Assembly: GCA_043228905.1 (NCBI GenBank)
Contig: JBHGNT010000015.1
Coordinates: 3,348,001 to 3,412,000, forward strand
Source: Azolla caroliniana
Taxonomy: Eukaryota; Plantae; Polypodiophyta
DNA length: 64,000 nucleotides
Reading direction: 5' to 3'
The position numbers and the translations under genes are program-made. The notes under the pieces are model-generated. The model was not told the origin of the DNA, did not search any database, and worked only from the letters and a program-made list of their open reading frames with translations. This document shows positions 51,982-64,000 of this stretch, piece after piece; within the stretch, counting starts at the first letter, position 1; each line of letters opens with the position of its first letter.

Positions 51982-54900
51982 TGTTGAGAATCAAGCTCAA
52001 CTTGGTCTAGTGTGTGAACTCACCTTGAGAGTGAAGAGACACTCCAACGGTCAAGAGTCACCATTATGTCACCACTTTGTATTCTAGCATTTAGTATGAG
52101 TCATAGAATCATATTCTATGACACATAACTTATGAGCTTTCACATTCCCCATGCTCCATGAGTCTTGTAGTTAATGAAGAGAGAGGGTGACTACATAAAG
52201 CACCCTCCTCCCACTTTGTATAATGTTGAGTCTTTCTCCTTTGTTAATATACTGTTACCTTGCGTATTCTCTGTGTCTTATTCCTTGTCTCTCTCACTCT
52301 CTCTCTCTCATACACACATAACTCATATTTCTTCCGCTTCACAAGAATCCATCTCTTGATTCTTTACATGGTATCAGAGCGATTTGGTAGTTCGATCTAG
52401 GTCATTCGCCTCATCGTGATCATGTGTTGTGCTCCACGCCGACGACCAAGAACCGGCTCATTGCTATCGTAGCTTCGCTACATAGCACGCATTCGAAGAG
52501 AGAAGAAAAAGAAGAAGAATCGACATAATGAATACTCAAATGGGTTGTCGGACAGGGCTATTGGAGCTACATCAAAGGAGCGCATGAAGACCGACCCGCC
52601 GAAGCGGCTCCCGGATACGCAACATGGGAGCAAGCCGCAAGCCGCGTGATGTATTGTTTGGCGACATGTGTTCACGACCACATGCTCGGTTACATTTGAG
52701 AAGCCAAGACGCCGAAGGAAGCGTGGGAAAATCTACGAAAGATTTTCGCCGCCAACACGACCGCGAGGAAGCTTCAACTCCACCAAGAGTTGAACAACAT
52801 TCAACAAAGGGACATGTCCATCACGACATACACCTCAAAGATCAAGGAGCTTTGCGATTCGCTTGGCTCAATAAGTGTAAATATCGATGATGATGAGATG
52901 GTTCAAATATGCCTCAGTGGCCTCGCACCACGGTTCGGCGCGATGCGAACCGCCGTTCTAGCACGGGAGAAATCTCCCTCCTTCTTCGAGCTCCAATCAA
53001 TGCTATTGGTCGAAGAAAACCACGTGCGTACAATGAGCAATGGGTCAGAAGGCTACATGCTCTACACGCACTCGAACGGAGGAAGAGGACGCGGATGAGC
53101 GAGAGGCCGATTCGGCCAAGGACAAGGCGGACGAGGTCTGACCTACGACAACAACTTCCAATTTCGGCCGCAAAACGGAAACCAACGAGGAACCTTCGCA
53201 AGGAGGTGGAGCTTCCACTCCGGCCCGAGCCGTCAAAATGCAACCGAATGCGGATATTGCGGAATGCTCGGCCACCACGAAGAAGAGTGCCGAAAGAAGA
53301 TTCGTGAATCGGCTTCCAGAAGCCGACAACTCACGAATTACGCGCACAATTCCGACTACGAAGAGTATAGAGGAATGTACGGTCACAACTCCGACTACGA
53401 AGATCGTAGCGGAATGTATGCACACAACTTCGACTGTGGCGGAATGTTCATGATGAAACATAGAGCAAACTCTATGCCGCTACCTCAACTAGTGCCTCTG
53501 GTTCGGAAGACGTATGGTTCGTCGATTCCGGCTCGCATCAAGAATGGTTCCGAGAACTTCGAGAGCCAGACCGACCCGGCTATGTCGAAACCGGAGAAGA
53601 CACTATGCACCCGATTCGGCACATCGGCAATGTTCCGTTCGGAAAAGAAGGTAAGCAAAATTACATTAAAAATGTCTTGCATGTACCGACCATTACGAAG
53701 AATTTGGTCTCCGTCGGCCAAATTGTAGAGCAAGGGATGCAAGTTCGATTTAATCAAGGCGGTTGCTTCATCGAAAAAGAGGGCCGACTCATCGCACGCG
53801 GACGAAGAGAGGGTCAGATGTTCATTCTCGATTCACGCGAGATGAAATCCACCATGTTCGCAAAAAACACGAAAGCTGACTCCGACATAGAGCTATGGCA
53901 CAAGAGAATCGGCCACATCAATCTCAACAAACTCAAAGCAATGAAATCGAAAGGAGTCGTCATCAGACTCCCAACATTCAAAGAGAAGGAGATTGAAGGT
54001 GTATGCGAAGCGTGCCAATTCGGCAAGCAACACCGACACCCATTCCCAAAAGAGCGGAACGTGAGCAAAGGTCTACTCGACGTAGTCCATTTCGACGTAT
54101 GGGGACCGACGCAGATGGCTACATTCGGCGGATGCCGATATTACGTGCTCTTCATCGACGACTTCTCTAGGCACACTTGGATCTACCCGATGTGGCAAAA
54201 GGGCAAAGTGTTCGGACACTTCCAAAATTTCAAGAATGAAGTCGAGAAAGCCACGGGCCGACATGTACGATGCCTTTGATCAGATGGCGGCAAGGAGTAC
54301 TTCTCGGACAATTTCACGGCGTATCTCCGAAAGGAAGGAATTCGGCGAGAATTCACTTGCTGACACACTCCGCAACAAAACGGAGTAGCCGAGCGCAAAA
54401 ATCGGCACATCCTCGAAGCAGCGCAGGCCATGATGAATGAGAAGCATATGCCCAAGTCATATTGGGCTGCAACTGCAAATACGGCCGTCTACCTAATGAA
54501 CCGGTGCACAACATCCGGCGTGCACGAGGACACTCCGCACGCACATCCGGATATTCGACATGATAGCGTACGTGCACATCCCCGACGAGAACCGTCAAAA
54601 GCTTGACCCGAAGTCGGAGAAATGTATCCTCGTAGGATACTCATTGGAGCAAAAGGGGCACAAGTGCTACAACCCCTCAACTTGAAAATATCAAGTAAGT
54701 CGAGATGTCGTTTTTGACGAGTCCGCATCCTGGTACGCACCAGAGACAACTCCGACTCCGACTCCGCTCGACCCGGAATTCGCCGAACAAGAGATCGAGG
54801 ATGAAGATCGCCTTATGCGCATATTCGAAGAAAGTCCGCTCACGACCCGATTGAGCAGACCACAAGAGCCTTTGAGCGATCAAAGCACATCACGGCCTAG

Positions 54901-56733
54901 CCCGAAGATGGACAAAGGCAAGGCGAAAATGTCGGAATACGAAGACGATCGCTTCAATGACGATGAGTCAACTCACTCACTCGACAGTGAGTTCGGCGGT
55001 TTCGAGGTACCAATCGGAGCTAAGAAAGCCCTCATCTCTACAAATGAAAAGCTCCGCCAATCCACCCCTGAAAAGAACCCCGTAAGCCGATTCAGCTACA
55101 ACGATTATATGGCATACCATTACGCCTTTATAATGAAGGTAGCGACAGTACGGGAGCCGGAAACCTTTTCGGAAGCCGCGAAGGACCTGCGATGGATTGA
55201 AGCAATGAACGAGGAGATGCAGGCACTACAGAAGAACGAGACGTGGGATCTCGTTCCCACCTCACCACACAAAAAGGCGATCGGATGCAGATGGATCTAC
55301 GAGGTGAAGTATAACGCCGATGGCTCTGTAAACCGCTACAAAGCTCGACTCGTAGCGAAAGGATACGCTCAGACGCATGGCGTCGACTACGAAGAGACCT
55401 TTGCCTCGGTGGCAAAGATGACGACGGTGCGAACCGTAATTGCGATTGCCACGGCGAAAGGCTAGCACCTCCATCAAATGGACGTCAAGAACGCCTTTCT
55501 ACAAGGCGAATTAGAAGAGGTGTACATGATCCAACCACCCGGCTTCAACTTGAGCACCCATTTGGAAGCTGTTTGCTGACTCAAGAAGCCACTCTATGGC
55601 CTCAAGCAAGCACCGCGTGCTTGGCATTCGAAGATAACGCAATATCTTCATCAAATCGGCTTCCATATGTCAAAATCGGACAACTCCCTCTACATACGAA
55701 GCGATTCCGCAAGTCCGATCGTCATCATCTTATATGTGGATGACCTAGTCATTGGAGGTGAGCATCTCGTCGAAATCACTAAGGTCAAATCCCTCCTGTC
55801 CGATAAGTTCGAGATGACGGACATGAAGGAGCTCCACTACTTCCTCAGCATCGAGGTAATTCGGACTCCGGCCGGAATCATGATCTCTCAACGGCACTAC
55901 ACCCTCAACTTGTTATACAAGTTCGGGATGGCTGAGTGCAAATCCGCGGCAACCCCGCTCGATCGCAATCTCAAACTCGATGCGAACTACGGCACCAAAG
56001 CGTGTGAGCCGACTCAGTATCGGCAACTCATCGGGAGTCTCATCTACCTCACGATCACACGACCCGATCTCTGTTATCCGGTCGGTCTCCTTAGCCAATT
56101 CATGCAAACATCATGTGATACTCACTTGGATTGCACTAAGCGAGTTCTACGATATGTGAGCGGCACAATGGATTGCGGCATCCTCTACAAGACCGCGATG
56201 CCAATATGACTTGAGGGGTACATAGACGCCGATTGGGCCGGCTACAAAGCCGATAGAACATCAACCTCCAGATTTGTTTTGTCCCTCGGCAGCGGAGCAA
56301 TATCCTGGAGTAGCAAGAAGCAGCCTACCATCGCTCTTTCGAGTACGAAGGCGGAATACAGGGGCGTAGCCGTAGCTGCGTGTGAAGCCGTATGGCTTAA
56401 GAGGATTTTGAAGGATTTGGGCGTACCCATCAAGGATCTGACTTCCCTTTACTGCGACAACATGAGCAATATCTATCTGGCTCGGAACCCGGTGTTCCAC
56501 GCGCGGACAAAGCACATTGAAGTGCACTATCACTTCATCCAAGAGCGCATTCTGGCTAGCGATGTCGACCTACAACACATTAGCACCAATCTTCAAACGG
56601 CCGACATCTTCACGAAAGCCTTAGGAGCCGACAAGCTATGGCAATTCATGACTGATCTCGGATTGACGATCCCTGACCTGCCAAGCTTGAGGGGGAGTAC
56701 TGAAGACACTACGCAATAATGCGTAGATTCCGT
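51982..56733 (+). mobile_element. Copia element: 5' LTR 51982-52368, tRNA-iMet PBS 52369-52380, degenerate gag-pol to 56719
   Basis: TGTTGAG..TTTACA followed by TGGTATCAGAGC. CGYCGMLGHHEEEC, WFVDSG, LWHKRIGH, VHFDVWGP, RYKARLVAKG, LYVDD, ADIFTKAL. 3' LTR not in the window. Confidence 0.93.
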
Positions 56734-59700
56734 TGTCATGAAGATCCGTCACTACGCGCAAATCGTGAGGCGAACCGCCGGGGTTCTGGACCGGAAGGAT
56801 TCAAAGTCGGTACAAGCTTTGGTGCAAGCTTTAGCGAGAAAGTACTTAAGATAGATTGGGAAAGAGAGAAATTGAGATTAAACGATTGAGAGAGATTGAA
56901 TGAACTTTTATCTTTAGATTTAAGAAACAAGTTACTCGATCAATTTGATAATGAATTTCTTCTTCTTAATTTCATAACCCAAAAAACAACGTTTTTTCTC
57001 ATCCCCCTTCCTTCTTTTATAGATGCTCTCATGCATATGATGCATGTGAGGGTACAAGTCATGCATAAAAGGCATGCTTGCCATTTGGCGCTTATGTATT
57101 ACATGTGGTGCATGATAACCATGTCACTCATTTTAGCTCTCATGTATGAGAATTTACATGTAAAAGCACAATGATAGAAATATAAATTCAACTAAATGGC
57201 ATGGCTTAATGGTAAGCCAATTGACTCCTAACTCGGAGGTGCAAGGTTCGAATCCTTACTTGCCCTCCTTGTATATGTATATATATTTATATATTTATTT
57301 ATATAGTCGCCGGACGCCGGTTTGTCGAATGCCGTCGGTTACCGGTGCCTCGCCGGATGCCGTCGTCTCACCGACGCCGGATGCCATCACCGGATGCCGT
57401 CGGTTACCGGTGCCTCACCGTCACCGGATCACCGGCTCCATCGCCGGTCCGGTTTTGGTTGGCCAAAACCTTTTACGAGTAGCTAGCCCACCTCCACTCT
57501 TAGTTCAAGTTACCTTGAACTCTCTATGCTCCACACATAGACACAAAGATAGTATCTTTTGCTCTACCTTATATATGATGAGAGCCGTATTTGTCGTGCC
57601 TATGTGGGATATCTCACAATTTTCTCTTTTCCTTTCACAAACTTTATACCCTCATATCTTGACATTTAGTTGTCCGTTTCTCGTGTAATAAAGTGCATTC
57701 GAAACCTCCATCATTTTGTACTTAGATATTAAATTTATTTAAAATGTTATCTTCACAATTATTGCACTATGTGATTCATACTCGATTTTGTACGTTTTAT
57801 GGGATTTTCACACTATTGCCGAAAATCTTCACGACAACCACCCCCACCAAACCGCACGTCCTCCGGTACGTGCCAAGAAGAGAGAAAGTGAGATTTCGGC
57901 TACGATGATCAATTAGATTCCTCCATGTCTTCATTTACATCCGCCCTATTATGTTCATCGTCGAGGTCAGGATCCTTGTCTTGTCTTTTCTTGAAAATCT
58001 TTACTCTTTTTCCCGCAATGGGTACAACCAACCTTGATCCATCTAGTTCCGCAAGGTGGTATGTGGCATTATCATTGGCACTTGTCACCACATACGGCCC
58101 GAACCATCTTCTTGCGAACTTTCTTGTTGTACTGTGTTGATTGTCAAGGGTGCTGTCGTAAACCAAAACCCAATCCCCTTCTTCAATCTTCTTGGGACGA
58201 AGTCGATGCGTGTTGTCGAACCGAACTTTGTTCTTTACTCAGGCTACCTCCATCCTCTTTCGCGCTTTTTCTAAATCTTCAGGTCTTCTTTCAAGTTGCC
58301 TCATCCGCGCCGCTAATAACTCTTCTCGGCTCATCTCGTTCTCCCACGATATCGCTACCCATGAGGCGATCGTCCTTTCGATGGGCATAATCAGCTTTTG
58401 TCCATACATAAGCTCCGTCGGCATATACCCTGTCACCGAGCTATGTGTCGTTCTATCAGCCCACAAGGCATAGGGTAATAGTCGTGGCCAATTCCCGACT
58501 CGACCGTTGCATGCCCGTACGATGGCTTTAATGATAGGTCCATGCCCTCGCTCGATCTTCCCATTCGCTTCCGGATTGTAGGCAGTCGTGAGGGAGAGCT
58601 TCACGCCTAGTCTTTCGAAGAGCTCCGTCGCTTCGTGTGCGTCCAACTCCCCTCGGTCGGCCACTATCTTCCCTACACATCCATATCGGCAAACAACCTC
58701 TTCAAGCGGAAATTTGCAAACGGCTGAAGTCGTCTTATTTGTCAAGGCTCGTCCTTCCACTTGATTTGTCAAGTCTTCCCTCACCAGCGCTAAGTACTTC
58801 ATTTGTCCCACTCCCATTGGCATCGAGACCAGATCCGCCATCCATTTGAAGTGTATGGTGAGTGGGTATGTCGGCTGTAACTCAGCACGATGACGTATAT
58901 TCGAATATATTTGGCAAGTTTCACATGTGGACACGAAATGGAGTACATCTTTGTACATGCTTGGCCACCAGTACTTTTCCTTCAACTTTTCAAACGTCGC
59001 CCATGTTCCTCTATGACCTGCCCAAGCACTCTCGTGGAATTCGATCATCAACGTCTCTTGCTCCTCTTTTCTTTACCACCACTCGACGTGGTATTCTTGT
59101 CCTTCTTTTTGGATGTCGCCAAAGGAATCCTTCCTTCAAGAAGTATCGGTAAGCTTTCTTTCGGATTCGTAGGGCCTCCTCCTTTATCAACGAAGCATCT
59201 GTCATCAATTTTCTTAGGAATCTACCGATGAGTAACCACTCTTCTTCGTACTCATTCTCGTTGAAGGCGTGGAGGGTTTGCGTGTCCCGGTCTTCCGCCG
59301 ACAATCGAGTGATCTTGAAGAAGTCGAGGGCGACATCTTCATCTTCCGAAACCATGTTACTTCCATTTGAAAATCTTGCCCTCGACAGCATGTCAGCCAT
59401 GGCGTTCTTCTTCCCTGCAATGTGACGGATCTCTGGGTTTAAAGACTTGATGTAGACGATCCACCTTAGCATAGCAAGATCTGGGGTCGCACATCCCGAG
59501 ACCATTTCGAGAATTGGGAGACAATCTGTCTCTATTATCACTTCTGACCCGATCAGGTAATCTTTGTTCGTTTTCACTGCCGACACAATACCCCAAAGTT
59601 CCCGCTTGACTTGGGCATATCTTTGTTGCCGTTCGCTGAGAACCTTTGCTCCGAACAGGACGGCATATCGCACATTATCTTCACCTTCTTGATTGATGAC

Positions 59701-62700
59701 CCACCCGATTCCGGTTGGGCTCGTATCTACGGTCACGTAAATTGGTTTCCCTTCGGCATAGTTGGCCTTCCTTAGTGCCGGAGCTTCAAGAAGCAATTTC
59801 TTTAATCTTCGCATCACATTTGTGTGCTCGTCTCACCATTCGAACTTCATTCTTTTCTTTAGTAGTTCATATAACGGTTCGGCGACATAAGCGTAGTGAG
59901 GAATCCATATATGATAAAACACGCACACTCCAAGGAACCTTTGAACCTCAGTTTTGTTTTCGCATTCTTCTTTCATGTCTTGGATTGCATTCACTTTGGA
60001 TGGCGAGGGCTTCCGTCCGTATGCTCCACACAAGTGACCTACCACCAAGATCTCCGGTTGCCCGAATGCGGATTTTTCTCCCGAAAATGTCAAATTCGCA
60101 TCTTCGAGCCTTTGAAGCACCTTCTCTCAATCTTTCATATGATCCGCAACGAACTTTCTACAACCTTCCTTATCTTTCGATTCATCTTTCTCCTCATCCG
60201 AACATCCTTTTATCGGAATATCATCCAAGAATGGCATCGTGATGTCCGGGATGCAATCCTTCAAGACTTTATTCATGGCATTCACCATATGAGCCACTGA
60301 GTTCGTTGCGCCTTGGGGTCAGGCACACATCCGCACAAGCCCGATCGGAGTCCTCATGGTTGTAATGTCCTGACTGTCGATCGCCAATTGGAATTGGTCA
60401 TATCCGGAGTAGAGTTCGCCAATGGAGTAGATGGACCGGCCCGCAAACGCTTCGGCAAATTCGTCCACGCTCGGACCGATTCCGGCATTTCGAATTGTCA
60501 CCTTGTTGATGGGTTGAAGATCTTGGATGACTCGCAATGATCCATTCTTCTTCGGCACCGTGAACCACCTATTGGAATAAGGAGCATTCGACGGTTCTAG
60601 AATTCCCATACTCACCTTCTCCTTTAAGAGCTCGATCAGCTTCGGAAGGTGTGCTCTCGGAATCGGTATCGGTTTCAAATTCCAAGGCACATGAGGCACC
60701 GTGAAGATCACCATCGACTCTATAACCTTTGGGTCGGCGCATCTGATTTCTCGTGGGAAGAATGCGAAAGCCTTCCCATGTCTCTCAAGCATATCGCGAA
60801 ACATTCGCTCCTCTTCAGGGAGAAGGAAATCCTCCTTCCCAACTCGTAGCTTCCCCTTCGTCTCTTTGGTGAAGACATGACCTATCTTCTTCGGATCTCT
60901 CAAGCTTGGATCGTTACTATGTATTTCATGTCACGGTGTCGTGACACATAGGCCTTCCCATACAAACTTTAATCGAATGACAATATGATACTCTTCTCAA
61001 GGGAAACTCTTTCTTGTCAGAGATTTCAATCCGAGAACTCAATTCAGACAATGCATTGTGTTGATGTCAGCTTCCTTCATCGAGATGCCACGACGGTATT
61101 CATCGATAATATCGTACATGTTGACGGAGTTAACCGAAATCACGCATTGGTTGTGAAGATAGCTCAAGTCCACGACGTCCTCGATTTCGCCGATGGTGTC
61201 GTTAAATGAGGCTTCTTCCATAATATGAGTCACAAACTCTCCTTCTTCTATTATGTTTTCTTCTTTCAGCATCTTCTCGAATTCTTGTATCCGGTGCTTG
61301 TGCTTCTTGTCGGGTAGTACTAGTTTACATGCGCCACTAGGTGTGACACATGTTGCTTCTCCTCGCAATCTACGCACTCTTCTTTCTTGTGGGGTCTTGT
61401 GATTGCTCGGACTATTTGTGCCCCATGCTTCAATAGTCCGCTCTAAAAATCTGAGGATTCGCCTCCAAGACTATCTCGATTCCTTTCATGATTGGCTCGC
61501 ACCGTTAGGAATTGGACCGATCTTTGGTTGTCAAGACTCTTTATTTGTGTGAAGGCTGCTCCATTATCGAACAATTTGGTCTCCATCCGAGATGATGTGA
61601 TATAAGGTTGCCCTAGGATGATAGGATGCGACGCCGATTCTTGTACAAAGAAGTGTTGATCCATCTCCACATCCCCGATTGTGACTTTGATATTGGGACA
61701 AGCTCCGTACAAGTCCTCCGTAGACTTTGTTGCCGCGCGAATCTTCCATCCGTGGTTTGTATTGATTGGCCATCTTCCTTTTTTGTAGAACTCGGTTGAC
61801 ATGAGGTTGATCTCTTCGCCGTGGTCGATCAAGGCTACCACGATCTCTTTCTTCTCCCCGATCTTCACCGGCGTCTCCGTTGTCGCTCGTGCCCAATGAG
61901 GTCGAGTATAGTGGCTGTCCACCATATCTTCATCGACTTCGTCTCTTGCCATCGTTATGGCATTAGTTTTTGCTTTTTGTGGCTTCTCTTCTTCCTCATC
62001 CGATTGTTGTCTCTTTCTCTTTACAAGGTCCACGATCGTGTCATGGAACTCCTTCTTCGTAATGCCAAGCAATTCCCTCAAGGACAAAGTTACGTGGCTA
62101 TCAAGAACTCGTTCTTCGAGAATCTTCTTTAGGTCCGTCGTTTGCTCTATGTCCGACCTTAGCTTATAGGTAGGTATAGTCCTTGTCCTCCGAGCGGGGT
62201 CTTCGACACCAACCTTCACGGGCCGAACCGTTTCTTCAACTCGTATGTTCGGCTCCCCTTTTCAGCTTGATTCTCGTTCCTCTGTTTGTAAAGGTCGACT
62301 CGTCTCCGCATCGTCCTTCTTTTTTGCATTCCTTGTTTCATGTCTTTTTGATGGGCCTTGCTCTTCTATTCTCTTTCTCTTTTCTTCGACGAACACCTCG
62401 TGGTTGTCGCACATCACCTCTGCGAGTATGGTGTTGTCGTCCACTGGATCCAACCACCTGGTTATGCTTTGCACGCTTCGGTCCGCAAGCTCTACCTCGT
62501 TTGATGTGACTTTTCCCTTCTTCTCATATTCGAGAACGGAAGTCCAGAACTTTGCTCCCGCTCTAGCAGCTTCAGTCTTGTCTTTCCCGACTCTTATTCC
62601 GGCCGACGCAGCATAGTGCATCGCATCCACATGAGTCGCATCGGCATCCTCCATAGATTTCTTCCTCTTCCGAAATTCACCCGTAGGGGTCTTCTAGTCT

Positions 62701-64000
62701 CACTTGAGCAGATCATGTTGTCCTCTATGTATACGATATTTTGTCGAATCGCCTCTCGAAGGCTCGCACAATCCCTTCTCATGTGGTCCATGCTATCACA
62801 CCACACGCATCTAAAGGGTTCTTTTCCTTTAGGGCCCCGACGATTCATGTTGGCTAGCGTGACCTTCTCGAACTTCTTCGCTAGCTCTTCAATGATGTCG
62901 TCATCAATCTTCTTTTCTTCCACGTTACTTTGTCTCGGCGGCTCAGCTACTTTCGGCGGTCTTGCTTTCTCCGTGGTAGTCGGTCCCGTCAAGTCGGTGT
63001 CATCAACCCATTGGCGATGCTTGTCGAGCCTATTGCATGCTTGCTTCACCGCGATCCAGTTCGGTACGAGCCCATTTGCTTGGGTATCATCTTCGAGAAG
63101 AGTCCCCAACTCCCGTCTATCCTTTATGTCCACGGCCTTCAAGAAGTACAAAGTCTTGTCCTCTTCAAGCAACACTTGGTCCGTATTGGGGAGACGACTA
63201 AACATCTGGTCGAATTCATCGTACACCCTCGAGACGCTCATCTTCTTATTCTTCTTCTCTATCCACTTCATCAGGGCATGTCGAGTCATCCTCGTTGAGT
63301 CTTTAGTCACGAACTCCGCTAGTATCGTTTTCTCGAACTCGGACCATGTTGTCTTACCTTCTTGAAGCTCGATGACGCGTCTTTCGATGTTGTTGGCGAC
63401 AACTCTCTTGAAGCTTGCGATTTGACGTGCCTCAGACACACGAGCTCTACGACACGATCGACAGCCTTTTCCACGCTTGCGTCATTGTCCCGAGATCTCA
63501 TCATTTGCTCGACGATTAGCATCATCCTTTCGAGCTCTCCCGCTTGGTTGCTTGAGGACACCATCTCCAAGTATTAATCTCGACTTGATCCTTCCTACCG
63601 CCTCTTTCACATCGGGTTCACCACTTAATTATGTCGTGAAGATTCGTCACTACACGCGGATCGTGAGGCGGAACCGCCGGGGTTCTGGACCGGAAGGATT
63701 CAAAGTCGGTACAAGCTTTGGCGCAAGCTTTAGCGAGAAAGTACTTAAGATAGATTGGGAAAGAGAGAAGTTGAGATTAAACGATTGAGAGAGATTGAAT
63801 GAACTTTTATCTTTAGATTTAAGAAACAAGTTACTCGATCAATTTGATAACGAATTTCTTCTTCTTAATTTCATAACCCAAAAAACAACGTTTTTTCTCG
63901 TCCCCCTTCATTCTTTTATAGATGCTCTCATGCATATGATGCATGTGAGGGTACAAGACATGCATAAAAAGCATGCTTGCCATTTGGCGCTTATGTATTA
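56734..64000 (-). mobile_element. Second copy (different subfamily) of the Trp-PBS Gypsy: 3' LTR 56734-57836; 5' LTR from 63632 runs past the window end
   Basis: gag-PR-RT(FLDD)-RH-INT colinear with 43.4-50.0 kb. PPT at 57837-57848. 63632-64000 closely matches 56734-57100. Confidence 0.93.

Noticed and set aside
57197-57268. Functional tRNA gene
   Set aside because: Acceptor and anticodon stems do not pair fully and it lies within an LTR; kept only as a tRNA-like module.

Overview
Eukaryotic nuclear DNA from a land plant, most likely a fern or other seed-free plant (inferred from intron structure and retroelement types). The first 9.4 kb holds two convergent host genes: the last two coding exons of RAR1 (CHORD-II, + strand) and a complete 4-exon NPF/NRT1-PTR transporter (- strand, 639 aa). 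The rest is a nested transposon stack. It includes a 5'-inverted L1 with a 14-bp TSD, a Mutator-type MITE, and a four-level nest (L1 > Athila-like Gypsy with a ~1000-codon extra ORF > Tcn1/sushi-like chromovirus > Copia solo LTR). There are also two Copia elements and three copies of a Gypsy family, with a tRNA-Trp PBS in two copies and a 4-bp TSD in one. Best leads: antisense tRNA-like Pol III A/B-box modules in the LTRs of two unrelated Gypsy lineages, a self-priming PBS, and three telomere heptamers at the junction of a 320-bp tandem duplication. All coordinates were read by eye and no searches were run.
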